Shown here: positions 25,140 to 39,062 of the stretch, in pieces | Layout of the letters: each line of letters opens with the position of its first letter | Numbering within the stretch: position 1 is the stretch's first letter | DNA from: Camelus ferus | Lineage: Eukaryota | Assembly (NCBI RefSeq): GCF_009834535.1 | Contig: NC_045696.1 | Location: 21,392,001-21,456,000, forward strand | DNA length: 64,000 nt | Direction: 5' to 3' | Notes under the pieces: generated by a model | What the model saw: only the letters and a program-made list of their open reading frames with translations | Told to the model about the DNA's origin: nothing | Databases searched by the model: none | Program-made: the position numbers and the translations under genes

Positions 25140-25800
25140 ACTACACTTCCCCTCCCAGGTATTGCCCTGGTCCTTTTCTTTGTAGCAAAACTCTTTGTAA
25201 TGGCTTTTTGTTATGTTCTGTTTCCAATTACCCTTTTTGTAAACTACCTTCTTCAAACCACTGCATTCAAGGTTTATTTTGCTCAGTATGTTAGGATCAG
25301 GTAACACAGTTGATCACTTCCTTCTCTTTGATAAATTTTGTTCACATAGCTTACAGAATACCACAGTGTCTTGGTTTTCTCCCAGTGTCGCAGATCATGC
25401 CTTCTTTGTCTGCATTGTTGATTTCATCTTCACTTCCCCAAGTCCTAACTACTCATTGTTGGAAATCCCTTTTCAGTCCTGTTCAATATGTTTGATCCTT
25501 TTTCCTCTCCCCTTTTTAATTAACATTCAACACATTCCTTTGATAATATCATCCAGCCTCGTGATTTTGAATACTGGCCGAACGCTGAAAATATTCAACT
25601 TAATGTCTTTAGTTCAGAAAAATCTCTTGAATTCTGTATGGTCCAACTAGTTCCTCAATTTGAATGTCTAACAGAAATCTCACACTCACATATCTAATTG
25701 TCTCGTCAAATTTGGATGTCAAATAACCATTTCGAACTCAACTAAAATTGAAATCCAGACATTCCTTCACAAACCTCTTTCACCTGCAGCTACTTTATGC
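25140..25800 (+). mobile_element. LINE-2 fragment with decayed reverse-transcriptase coding region
   Basis: ORF 25279-25650 contains TVDHFLLFDKFCSHSLQNTTVSWFS, a degenerate form of the L2/CR1 RT motif (AFD)TVDHSLLL..L..LG....LSWFSSYL. Confidence 0.85.
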
Positions 25801-26149
25801 CAATGCCAAGAATAAATAAATTAATTAATTAAAATAGAATAAATACATAAAATGGCATAAAATGGCTATATATTATGAGATTTTCTATTCCAATATGATT
25901 TTTATAACTATGAAAAATTGTTGTTTTTGTTAAATCATTGCATTATTTCTTCACACACTTTTGTTTTTGGTGTTAATAACAGATTCTTTTTTTTTTTTTT
26001 TTCTACTGGCTTGGCCATCTTTGTCCTTGAATAAGCCTTCCACCATACTCCAATCATCACTCAATAAAATTTTCCAGGGGTCGATTTTTTATACACAGTA
26101 TCTTTGAGCTCTCAGTCCTCCTGTTTCAGAATTCTAGCTGCCATACTAG

Positions 26150-26590
26150 AATTTTTCTTTTTCTTTTTAATCTGTGAATTCTTATGTGGAGTATCTTGTT
26201 TTACCCAGTCTTGTGTGTTTGTTTGTTTGTTTGTTTTTAATTTAGTCCCTCTTTTGGTAAAGCACACCCTCCTATAGCTTTCTGAGTTTGAGTGCACTGC
26301 AGATAAATTATTTGATACATGATGCTTAAAACGTCTTTGTCTCCTCTTCCACAATTTTGTTATATTTTTCCTGTATATAAAATTCAGGCTGAACTTTTTT
26401 TTTCTCTCAAAATGTTAGAAAGAAGCTATTCCTCCCTCCTCTCTCCACTGCTGTTGAAAAGTCAGATGCCAATGTTATTTCAAAACCTCCATAAGATCCT
26501 CATTTTTCTTTCTTTGAAACTCTTTGTATCCTCTCTTCATTTCAAGTATTGTGGAAATTTATGATGGCATGCCTGAAATTTCTTGGGGGA
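26150..26590 (-). mobile_element. HAL1 / old L1 ORF1-region fragment
   Basis: tagctttctgag...aaaacgtcttt...tataaaattcaggctg...tgctgttgaaaagtcagatgcca...gaaatttatgatggcatgcct. Confidence 0.7.
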
Positions 26591-26674
26591 AACTTGATTG
26601 TATTTTGTGGATAGCCCCTTTATGAATATACAGGTTTGTTTTTTCTCGAATCTGCAATTTCAGTTATCTGTCTT

Positions 26675-26729
26675 AATTTATTTGCATTCAAGATTAAATT
26701 TATCTGCATTCAAGATTATATTTATCTGC
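26675..26729. repeat. 22-bp tandem repeat, about 2.5 copies
   Basis: aatttatttgcattcaagatta / aatttatctgcattcaagatta / tatttatctgc. Confidence 0.9.
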
Positions 26730-28399
26730 CAGTTTCATCAAAAATAGCAGTTTTCCTTAAGCTTTTGCTTGTAAGTTATTCCTTTGAACATGCGGTAAGC
26801 TGAAAACAAAATAAAACATGAGACCAAGAAATCAGTTTCTACAAAGATATTTTCCAGGTTAATGAGATTCCAAAGCAATCTCTAAACAGTTTAGCCATGA
26901 TAACGCTAAATTTAACATTCACTGGATTAAGTCACACCTCTTTTTTCTACCTTGTGATTCTGTTCTTCCCTATCTTCTCTTTCCAAAATAAATAATATTA
27001 ATTGAGACAGGGCTTTTGAGTTTTCTATTAGTATGCATCGCTCACATATGTCCGTACCTTGAAAATCTAAGTGTCCACTTTTCTAACATTTCAATAATGG
27101 TTAATTTTTGTTCAGAATATAATGTTTCTATTCACATATCAGTTTCTGTGTTTCATTACAAGAATATTCCTCTTTAAAAGGATTGCTCTTTGCCCTTTTA
27201 ATACTTTTTCTCATTATTGTCTCAACCCCTTCACAACTATTAAATCCATTTATCTTCTCTCAAATTACTGAACCTTGAACGAAATGAATCACTATTATGA
27301 CAATTTATATGCATTTGTTCCATTAAAGAGCACACGAGAATCACTAGGTATAAACACACTATTTCTACTTAATAGGCTAGATTGCTCAAAGATATCTTTA
27401 TTTACCAATTTTCCATGTGAAAGCTGGCTTTGTAAACAAATGTATCTTACTCAGTGGGCATTTCTGCACTTTAGTAAAATAATTATTTTTAAAAAGAAAC
27501 ATTTTGAAATAAATGTATTATAGAAACAGAAGCAAATTAAATGTTAATGTATTTTATTTTATATTCCCAAAGCTGAAAATACACATTATTAACTTCAACA
27601 ATTTATTTTCTCCCCAGACACCACCTAATATCCTATTATCAAAAGTGCTCAACTATGGCTATTAAAGTTTTTTTCTGTTGTTCTTTCTTTGCTCACTTGC
27701 TCATATATTTATTTATAGGCATATTAAAATTAGGTAAAATAAACTTACCCAAGATGTGCTGTGAACATAGAGACAATAGTTTGTGTTGAGTGAGTAGTTT
27801 ATAGTTAAATCCTTGATATAATGACAAGTAAAGCAGAATACTGAGGATTTTGGTATTTAAAGGGACATTTGTTTTGTGATTTCATGTTTATCTGATTTTA
27901 AAATGCTTGTTTTATCTCTTGGGATTCTCCCTACCTGCTACTCAAGTCCTTCAATTACAAGTTAAAGTTATCTACTCTCAAAAGTTGTCCCTTACCTTCC
28001 CATCCTAAGAGACTGCTTCCACCTTATAAAAGTCTTGATCTTACAATATTATATCTGCTATTTATCTATCCTTTTCATACAACCAGCTACATCATTGAAA
28101 ATTATATGCTTAACCATTTAACATATTTGTATTCAGATTATGTATTTATGTTTTGGAAACATGATTAAAGATTAATCATGATTGAAGGTATATTACTTAT
28201 GGCTGCCTAATTAAGAGTGCTCACCAAAATCATAGTTCCCTGGAAAAAGTCTGACCATCAAATCAGCAACAGAATGTGACCAATGTTTCTAGTATCCTGT
28301 TTTTGATAAATAAATGACCAGGAATTTTGAGGTCTAATCACAGAACATACTGATAAACAATAAAAAGTTTTTAAATAACACAAATAAGGTATATTTCTG

Positions 28400-29012
28400 A
28401 CATGGATATAAAAGTGCATTTAGCAAAGAGTATCTAAGACTTATTTGAAGAAATCAAGACAGTAGGTCTATATATATTATTTCAATACCAGTTATCATTG
28501 CTCATTATAGTACTATATAAATATGACAAATTAGACTAGTGGACCAGACTAAGAAATTCAGAATAGATGTATATCTGATGACTAAAAAGGTGGTATTTCA
28601 TATTTCTGGTGAAGGCAGATTTTTTAAACAATGATCTTGAGAAAATGGGTTAATATGGGAAAAGAGTGAATTGGAACCCATATTTTGCACTTTAGTCAAA
28701 ATCAGTTCAAGGAAAATTCAATGTATTAATGCGAAAGACCATGTTATAACATTTATAGAAAACAATACAATAAAATATTTTCAAATCTTACTGTAAGAAA
28801 AGGTTTCTTAAATGTGACTTTAAATGCAAACCATACAGGAAAAATAGATAAATAGTGGAAATCTTTATATGCCTGTAAATAGGAGTATAAAATTTTAAAA
28901 TAGAAATGATATGGGCATTGAAATTAGAAATTATTTTTATCAAAATATATTATAAATGAATTTCTTAAAAAGAAAATTGGGAGAAGATATTTAAGGTTTC
29001 AATCACAATTTA

Positions 29013-29058
<46 letters not shown>

Positions 29059-29600
29059 AAACTAAGCTTAAATGCCATTCTGGCTATTTAGTCTAGATAA
29101 ATATATGCATGTGTGCATTGTTGTGTATGTAATAGCATCACTGTTTAAGAACTTGGGAACACCCTTAATTTATAAAGACCAGAATGAAAAAGTAATTTGT
29201 AGTATATAGATACAACAGAATAATATTCAGTACTGAAAATGAATGAAGTATATTTACATAGACTAACAAGGTGAAAGGTATAAATCACAGAAGAATATAT
29301 ATAATGTTATTCAATGTATATAAAATTTAAAATCAGGCACTATCTAATAAAGTGTACTTCAGGAAAGGTGCATAAGTGAAAAATTATGAAAATAAGAGCA
29401 GAATGACTAAAAGAAAAATAAGGTTAATGCTTATATTGAGTAGAGAGAGAAGATATACCTTTGGAGAAAGGGACTCATATCATGAGAAGAAGGCTTCTAA
29501 GTTACTGATAATGTTGTATACTTTAATTTAAATGATGAGTCTACTGATGTTCATTTTATTGTTACTAACCGTATACTAGGTTTCACTTTGTCATGTGTAT
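28400..29600 (+). mobile_element. Ancient L1 (L1ME-like) ORF2 3' part and 3' UTR
   Basis: gacaaattagactagtggaccagactaagaaattcagaatag...aaaggtggtatttca...tagaaaacaatacaataaaatatttt...gaaaatgaatgaagta. Confidence 0.7.
29017..29054. repeat. (TA)19 microsatellite
   Basis: Read directly from the sequence. Confidence 0.95.
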
Positions 29601-31244
29601 GTATGTGTAATATCATTACAGACATGGCCAGGTTTCCAAAAGAGTTAGAATCAGTTAAAGATCAATTTTAGTAGTACTTATGAATTTCCATTTTCAAATA
29701 TATGTTTCAGAATTAAATTATACTCTGGATTCTCTTAACGAAGATGCAGCGAGAAGCTCAATCATATATTGATTTTGTCTTTGTGTTCTATTGATCTTTC
29801 TATTGGCAGGACTTGGAACTAATATGCACAGGGATGGATAAACACAATTTGGCGAATGTAGCACCTATTCAAATGTCATGGATTTGAAGTTTGAAATTGA
29901 ACTCAAACATTTCATGTTTCAAATTCCACTTGTTACTAGAGAAAAATCAATTCCTGGTTCAAGAGAAAACTCCTGTGTCTGCTAAGGACTTATGAGTATT
30001 AACATATTCTATTTAAAAATATTTGACTAATTGAGTTAAATGTGGTCATTCCAAAGCTCAAAATATTTATTTCAAAGCTAAAATAATATATTTGGTTTTA
30101 AGAGATTTTAATTATAATTTAAGATACAGTTATTCTCCCAATTTTTATAATACCCACTGCATTTCTCATACTACTAAGTTATCTGTGATTTTTATTGAGG
30201 TCCAGCAATTGCCAGAACCTTGTTTAAGACAGCTGACACTGGAGAAAAAAAAATGGGAATTTTAGATTACTATTTGCACTTCTAAGCTTTATACTCTTAA
30301 TCATCAAATAATAATAGAATATAACATATGAAATATATTATCACATTTTGCTAAAGAAGCTTATTTTGTGATTTGATATTCAATAAAACATTAAGTTGTC
30401 AGAATACCCAATTGAACAGAAAAAATAATTATAATTAGTAAACCTATTTTAGAACTATTTTAAAAAAAATTTCAAGTCATTCTTCTAAGGAATGTACCAC
30501 AACTAAGAAATTCAAAAAATTCTGCTCATTTTCTATGAAAGACTATGTAGTTATTGTGATTATGTTGATTTTTCCAATATATTCATCCCTGTTTTACAGT
30601 ATTTTCAATATGCACATTTTAATATGCCTCAAAAGAGTTTTAACAATGACTTTATGCTTATAAACTTGGAATATCAGGTTCTTATAAATGCCACTTAGAT
30701 AGACCTGTGAAGTACTTAACTAGGATAATTCATTCACAGTTATAACTTAAAGGCTGAAGAAAAAAAGTATAATTGTTTACCTAGAAGGGAAAACAAAGGT
30801 TGGTAAAGATGAATGAGGGCGGAAAATTGAGCAGCAGAGCCAAGGTGAAAATTCAATTTCTAAAACATTAAGTTAGAAGAAGACTAATCCAGGGAAAATA
30901 TTTTAAGACATAAAAACTTGGCAAGTTAAAATTGTAGATAAGTGAATTATACTGGATTCTGGGCACCTAACTCAAAAATGGGCCAGTCGGCTATAACACA
31001 TGGGGTCAGGATTAATATCAAATATTTTTAATGTAAAATTGGATGAGTCTCCCAATTAATGATCACTTAGTGATCACATCCTAATGTGATGGGCCATGTT
31101 AAAGTTCAAGAATACTGAGAACAAAGTTTAACCTTTGCCCTCAAAACACTCATAACTGCTTGAAAAATAATTTCTCTCACTCACAATATAACAATTAATA
31201 GACCAAGTAAGAACTGACATGTAAAATGAGTTAAAATACAAGTC

Positions 31245-31495
31245 ACACAGACATAGAAAAACAAACTAATGGTTACCGGGGGAAAGAGCAGTTGGAGGGA
31301 TTAATTGGGAGTTTGGGATTTGCAGATACTAATTGCTATATATTAAATAGACAAACAACAAGATCCTACTGTATAGCACAGGGAACTATATTCCGTACCT
31401 TGTAATAGCCTATAATGAAAAGGAATATATATATAAAACTGAATCACCATGCTGCACATCAGAAATTAACACATTGTAAAAATAAATAGATAAAG
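31245..31495 (+). mobile_element. Lineage-specific L1 3' end, 5'-truncated
   Basis: cacagacatagaaaaacaaactaatggttacc...aattgggagtttgggatttgcagatac...ctactgtatagcacagggaactatatt, with an A-rich tail. Confidence 0.9.
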
Positions 31496-32367
31496 TAAAT
31501 TACAAATCAAAGCTTCAACTCATTCAGGCCTGGAAGGTTTAAGATAAAGACATGAGCCTTGAAGCACAAGCATGATGGTGTCCGAAGGTAAGACTCTAAA
31601 AATCTTTACTGATACAGCTAAGAGTATGTACAGAGGCAAGTGGTAGAAGAAAAAGTGTCCAGGAATGGGACATGAACAGAAAGAGGGTGGCAGGTGGTAA
31701 GCCTGAAAAAAATAGAAAAAAACCAACACACAATGTTTTTTTATGAAATATTACAAGCTTAAAATTAACTGTGAGGGCATCATGGAATTCCTGGACACAT
31801 TAATATAAGAAAGTCAAATCATTGGATTATTATGCTAAAGAAAATACTCTATCAGCAATATGGTATTTAGAGAGACTCAAAGATGGAGAAATTGTTTACA
31901 TGGGTTCCCCCCAAAAAATAATGTAGTTTTCAAGAGAAGATTCAATAATTTCACATGTTTTTAAATAAATATCAAAGGCAAAATGAATAGGACCTAGTGC
32001 CAGATTAGATGTGGGGACAAGACAGAAGATTTAATGAAGGATAATTTCAAATTTCCAGCTAACTTGATATGAAATTTTAACATATTTCTCCCCTGCTTAT
32101 TCCCATTGGCTATCTTGCCCTCTGTCAGTTGAAGACATAGCGCCATATAAGAATCCACTCAGTGGAGTATTGAAGTTGATGGACTAGGAGAATTGAGACC
32201 TAGAAGTCTTCAAAAGTTACAATTTTCAATTAAATGGACGCAATGTATTCTGTGATCCACAAGTCATTAGCGTGTTACTGGCCTTGCAGGTATCTCAGCT
32301 CATATGGTTTTAAAAAGCTTGGAGTGAAATATTTTAGGGCTGCATTCCTGGTGATACAAATTTAAAT

Positions 32368-32612
32368 TGCTAACACATATTATGAATTATTGTGTGCTGC
32401 ACATTATTCTGAGCTCCTTATATCTATTAACATATTTAATCCTCTATGATCTCTACTAGGTTAGTACTGTTATGACCTTCACTTGACACGTGGGCTGACT
32501 AAGGCATAAAATAATGAAATTACAAAAACTCTCCCAAGAGCACACGACTGCTACCAAGAATCAAGCCCGAACAACCAGGCTGAATGCAGTGTTCTTTCAC
32601 TGCTCTGCATAC
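32368..32612 (-). mobile_element. MIR SINE
   Basis: gctaacacatatt...attaacatatttaatcctc...gactaaggcataaa...cccaagagcacac. Confidence 0.75.
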
Positions 32613-34533
32613 TTAGTCCTTTTGCTTCACTTGAGTATTTTCTTATCAAAGAGACTTTTAATCAGTAGAAATGATAAATTCATGGCTATAAAGATAGTAG
32701 GGAACTTCATGACTCTTGACAGCCACAGCTTTGAATTTCTCTTTATTTCTGGTTTATTGGTGAGATTGTTATTGCTCAGTAAATAAATGTAGTTTAAATA
32801 TAATCATATATCTTGAAGCTGAATACATCATTCACATTGAAAGTGCTGAGAAGAGGCGACTTGTGTTCAAAGAAATGCATTTGTACAAATTGGAAAAGTC
32901 AATAATTGCTAGGTGTTACGGAACTATCCAAATGTAAGTGAAGTTCACACCATGGAAAGTCATTTTCCAGCAGTGGCAAAGTGGTTTGGCTGTGCTTGTA
33001 TTTATATCGAATTAAAATCCAATAGCAATTGACAACCCAAGGGAGATTTGAATATATCTTTTTTTTCTTTATTTTGTAACAGAAACATCATAAATTGTAT
33101 GCACTTCACCTAAATTGAAGTGAATTCCTGCAGATTTGATGCAGCAGTCTTAGAATGTTCGCAGATTTATTCCAGTTATGTTTATATCCCAGAGTGGGAA
33201 GATGTCTTAGAAATATAGGGAAGCACCTTGCTGGAAAATGTGACATTGGTCTGATGGGTCTTCAGAAATTTGCTTTTTTTTTAACCTTATATTTTTGAGA
33301 ATAGCCCTCAGAATGTTTCCTGGATTTCCATCTGAATTTCCAAACTTCAGAAATCATTTATCATTCAGTTTTCAGTAGTACTTTCACAGAAAGAAAGTGT
33401 TAATAAATCACTGGGAATGGCTTTCAGATCAGTGCTGACAAACGGCTTCTCCCTCACTTCTCAGTAAAAATGATGCAGACTTCTTAAGTGATCTCATTCC
33501 ATTATTTGAGAACAGATACGTTTTAATCCACTTCTGAGAGGAATGGGAATGTTGGTGCGATGCAAAAGATGGAAACGTAGCGGAGAAGTGAGATAGCCAG
33601 TGGAGAAAATCTGCCTGAAGGGACATTTGTGTTTGTAGCGTGCCCGGCACTCTTGAAGTCATAGTGAAAGGCTGTGTCTTAATTAATTCAGCGGCATATG
33701 GGAGTTGTCTCCAAGAAGGCTGATTCTGAATTTTTATCTGACAAATAAACTCAGAGCTTTGCTTCTTTGTTCTTGAAGAAAAAAAATGTGGTTTAAGGAA
33801 TCACGGCACTCTTAAGTAGACTTGAGAATTTCCAGATTGGAACTATCAAAGTGACCATCAATTTCACTTAGCTTGCTTTGTAGATGACTGGCTTAATAAA
33901 ATCTCAATTTTATTTTGTTTATAACTTCTTGAAAGTTAATTGATATCTGTGACCTTACAGTGTTATGGAGACTTCCTTAATAAATATAAAATGTTTTTAA
34001 TAGAAAATGTTGCCATTTTTGAGGTCTCTGTAGAGTCTGAGAACTACCAGCTGCAAAATATTATTACCTTCTTGCTTTCTGTAACAGATATGTTTCTTTT
34101 TTTTTTTACATCAACAGTGACAATTGAATAAAAAACATTAAACATGGTTTATGTACTCTTTTCATGGGATACAGCTCTGCTCTTAAATCACAATCAATAA
34201 ATTTGATTTATATTTTGTGGGACCAAGAAGCGTTCCTTGACGATTCTGCCTTTCTCCAGCTTTCAATTCAGATGCACGTGTTTTGGTTCTCAAAGCCTTG
34301 ACTATCAAAGACTGCTGCTACTTCAGAACCAGAGATAATAGAGAAATCAATGATAGAAGGTGTTTTAGAGTCACTATTGGAAAAACTGGACTCCAAATGT
34401 GACACTTTAGGTAAAATAATATTTCATCAAAACAAAATTAAAAATAAAACTATTCAGACATTCTTTTTTGCAAGAAGGCCCTACTCTCTTACAAAATTAA
34501 ATGACTGGTTCATGTTTAATGAAAATAAAGTCA

Positions 34534-35350
34534 CTTCATTCATTCATTCAAGAGACATTTAATAAGTACTGTCTATTATAGTGAAAGGCTGTGTCTTGGA
34601 ATAAGTCTAATAATAATAAAATAAGAGTCTTTCTGCAATGGTGGTAAAGTAAAGAAGATTTTTTTAAATAGACAAAAGAATAATTATAATATAAAGTAGA
34701 ATATTATAAATGCCATTATAGAAGTACTGAAAGTTCCATGAATGTCTCAGAAAGGACGAATCATTCTTGGGGCCTTTCAAAAGGTAAAAAATTACACTGA
34801 ATCTTCCAATGAAGATCGGGGAAAGGCATCTGAGGCCAAGTTAATAAACTAAAACAGAGGCTTATGTACCAGAAAAGGAAAAAATATAGGGATGATTTAA
34901 ACTTCCCTCATTTATTTTCCTATGTGTGCTTATCATATAAGAATGTGAAGGTTAATATCAGAAACAGTCAGAAACAGTATGAGGAAGCTGGATTTGATAA
35001 GAAATGAAAAACCACTCTCTGTGTGTATATATATATATATATATGTGATATATATACGTGTATTTACATTATGCATGTCTTGTGTGGCGAAGAGATTTGA
35101 TAAAGGTTACAATATTAAAGAGACTGATTTGATAAATATCTTTAGTAAATTAGATGAGATAAAACAGATGGAAACATACTGAGGAAGCTGTTACATAATA
35201 ATGGTGATAATGAGCTAACTAAGATGATAACAGTGGAATTGAAGTAGAAAAAAAGGATAGGAAAGGCATAAAAGTTATAAGGTTAAGTATATGTTTGATG
35301 AAGAAGGAATACTCAAGTATTACTCAAAGATTAATTATTGTTGGTCTGTA
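34534..35350 (-). mobile_element. LINE-2 fragments (3' end and adjacent)
   Basis: Tail ttcattcattcattcaagagacatttaataagtac, followed by purine-rich antisense L2-like blocks. Confidence 0.55.
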
Positions 35351-38109
35351 TTCAATTATCTATCACTTTTAAAAAATATAAAACTTCTAAGTTTATGATG
35401 ATTAGTCATAAAGAGAAAGCCATATGCATTGATAAAGCTAAGATTAATACTGTCTACAGGACCATCTTATTTGTTATCTTTCTTCCCCATTATTGACATT
35501 AACTAGGGTTTTGACTAAATCATTATAATTAGATTGTACATATTTATATCACTACTAGAGCAAAATTGAAGAAACCTTCCTTTATGAATTAGTCACATCC
35601 ACTGTTTCCAATTTATAAATCATCAGTAATGGAAATAGTTAACTTTCCCCAAGTCAGCAATAGTATCTGAATCAGAAAATCGACATCATTTGATTAATAG
35701 GGTCAAGGGATGCTATAGTAGCAAATTTAACACATATATAAAAGCAGTATATTGTCAATGGTGTAAAAAAGAAAATCATTGACCCAACTGTCTTCCTTTA
35801 CAAATGAGATATTAGTTAGTGAGATGTTAGTATATATAAATTAATTACCATTCTTTGATGGTTTTATTTAGCAAAATCAATGATCTAAGTTCTGACCTTC
35901 CAATTCAGACATACAGGGGGAAAAAAAGCAAGTGCCAAAGGCATACAACAGTTTCCAGACATATTAAATTCTGTTCCACCTTGAATTAACAGGGGATGGA
36001 AGACATTAACCAGTATGTGACCCTGAGTTAATGATTTGATCACCTATCTTGCGCTTTATGAAACTATATCTGGGGACAACTGGAATGCCTTATCAACTTC
36101 TGAGCAAATAAGGAGAAAATTCTTAGGGAAGACTAACTCAACCCAGTGTTGAAAAGCAATTTGAGGTTAATTACCCTATTCTGAGGCAGAGTTACTAGTT
36201 CTCCAGTCTCCAGGGCTAATGCTGAGCCCTAACAGAGAGGGAATATTACTCCAGGAGGAAGTATAATGACTCTACTTGGTGAGTCTGTGATTTCAGGAGC
36301 AATGGTCTGTTAAATGATGCATAATCCTCGAGAGAGGAACTCCCTGATCCAGAACTCAGTAATGAAAGTTAGATCAGGGACAGAACCATCTAAGTGCCCC
36401 TCCCCTCCTAATATTTCTAATGTTTAGGGAAACTGTAGAAATAGGTGGTCTTCATTCTGAAGGACTTTAAATAATGAATGAACCACACTCATCACAAAGT
36501 ACATGCAGTGGGCTTAGTGGATAGACACATCATACAGGGCGCTCAGGAATTTTATGTATAAAATCATATATATATATGATTCATTATCGAGGGGTAGCAA
36601 AATTCAATGACATTTAGGATACATGTGAGATATTGTATAATTGCATGTTACATAATATTTAAGAAATTTTAAGAAATATCATTTTGATGCACACTGCATA
36701 TAATATGTATATATTGAAGTATTATTTAAATTTATTTCTACATATCAAGGAAGGATTTTCTCAGAATCTCTGGGCCAAGGAGATATGACATCTTATTAAA
36801 GTTTCTTAAGCACAATGTAATCTATGTTGCCAAATTAGATAAATGGTTGAATTCCCTATACAACTACACCATTTACCATATAGGCGTATCAGTCATAACT
36901 TAAAATGATCAGCTCTGGCATCACTTCTATCTTTGGAGACACCACCAATTTTTTAATCATCTTATAGCTAAATAATTAGAACTCATTATTTGATGGAAAA
37001 ATGAAGGGACTGCCTTTAGACAGTTTTTCTCATACAGAGAGTATCAATTTTTTTTCAAATGACCTATTCTGCCTATTACAATCTTTATCAGCCTGGATAA
37101 GAGATGTAAATTATTTGTATTTGTTAAAAATATTGAGTTAAATGTACTTTAGTCTTTTAATATGACAAATTTTGTACTACATAGTTTTAAAATAAATACT
37201 TCAACTACTTTATCTTAATTTTATTTTTGTGAGAAATGTGTCTTTTATAATAAAATTTCATATTTATTAACTCCTTTATTGCTTAAACATTCTTATTTTT
37301 CATGTAGCTGTAATTTTTTTTCTATTGACACTCACTTTCCTAAATGTCTTTTTGAATATTTTACTGATATTTTCAACTTCTTAACTAACTGTACTTATTA
37401 TTGATATTCATTTCATTGTTTTGCTTTATTTTTGATTCAGTGACTTATCTTTTAAAACATACTTCTAAATATTGGTCATGCACTTTACTTTTTATTTGAA
37501 AGAAACAAAATTATTAGAGAAATTTCCTATCCTTGGTTATTTCGACAATTTCAGCATTTCTCAAATTTGTTTTGAGTGATAAACTTCAGAAGGGTACTAA
37601 AAAACTTATATTTCAAGGGACATGATATGGTATAACAAGGCAAATTTTCCCTTAATGGTGGTTACTTTACTATAGCTTCCAAGAATGTTTAATTTGCTGA
37701 TTTGTACTGAGTCTTAAAGAGAAAGATAGATTATGCAGTGTTTCACAAAATATTTGACTGAGATACTCTGTTTTTATTGTCTCTTGTAGAAAGAATAGTC
37801 ACTAAACACAATTTGTAAAATAATACATGATTGGAATAGTAATCTTTTTTAAAAGGCATAGGTAGATTTAGTGCTGCAGTTATTTTACTTGACTATTCTT
37901 TGCAGTTGGTTCTTATAATCTCAATTTTATTATCTTCTCTACATGATTGTTCAATACTCATTTATTGTTTGACTCTTTCCTGGAAACTGGTAACCAGAGA
38001 TGAAAAATGCTTTTAACCTCAATGGAATCAGCAGGAATTATGCACTATATTACTTACAGTTTTGAGGAATTGTGAGATCTTTTTGAGTAATAATTTTAGT
38101 AATTTTGAG

Positions 38110-39062
38110 TAAGTATTTTTAAGCACTTACATGAGCCAAACAGTATAACAGGAGCTGGTGATAAAACCACATGCAAAAGCAGACATGGTTTTTGAACTTA
38201 TGGGAAAATAGGTAATAATAAACCCATCATACAAGTAAACTAAAAATCTCCTAAATCTGAGAAGTGAGATTAAAAAGTGTGGGCACAGGGGAGGAGGGAA
38301 ACTGCATTGTCCTCTGAGAGCCTGTAATTGAAATTTTTGAGTTAGTTATTATTAAGTAGAGAGCAAAATTAAGAATATTTTCAAAGGTGCAAGAGGCTAT
38401 TGGAAATATGGATATGGATAGTTTCCAGACAGCATGTGTTCAAGCTTTGTGGTAGGAAGAAGCCTGACATCAATGAGGAAGAAACTTAAAAGTTATGCAG
38501 GTTAAGAGGCTGCAGAAGACACAGTAAAAACTTGATCACAAAATAAGTTGCTAAAATAGTGCCCAGAGCACGGGGGATGCTGTAGGTATGCTTAGAATCT
38601 TTATGTTTATGCTAGGGATCAACAGTTAGCTACTCTAGAGCTTTAAACAAGAGGTGTATGCTTGTACGGGGTTGGACTTGATCACAGCATCACATTGTTC
38701 CCTTTGAAAAGATCTCCTTGATCATCTTTCCAAGAAGAGCTTTAAGGGAAGGGCAAGGGTGGATGCTGAAGACAATGTATAGGACAGAGTGGTACTGGGA
38801 AAAGGACAGTTGGCATAGTAAAGAACTGTGAAGAAGGCTGGAGATTTGTCAAAAAAGCGGGCACAGTCTTGTGGAAGAATGTAGTGGGAAGTAGATTCCA
38901 TATGTCTGGTTTATGTAACTGTTTGAATGATGGTGGTGTTCCCTCTTGAGTTCGGAAACACCTGGGACGTTTAGATAATGGTTGTGATTTTAGGCATCTT
39001 GAATTTGAGGGAAGCTTAAGAAATTTAAGAAGGGGTACCAAGCTACCTGCTGGTTATATGAG
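38110..39062 (-). mobile_element. LINE-2 fragment, about 950 bp
   Basis: aagtatttttaagcacttac...gctggtgataaaacc...gcagacatggt...cagcatgtgttcaagctttgtggtaggaagaagcctgaca...ttttaggcatcttgaatttgagg. Confidence 0.75.

Noticed and set aside
25279..25650. 123-aa ORF with a reverse-transcriptase-like motif as a novel or domesticated RT
   Set aside because: It is a decayed LINE-2 fragment: non-ATG start, upstream motif missing, similarity lost after a short stretch, and no intact catalytic YADD in this frame.
26675..26729. CRISPR-like direct repeats
   Set aside because: A head-to-tail 22-bp duplication with no spacers, in mammalian DNA with no cas genes.
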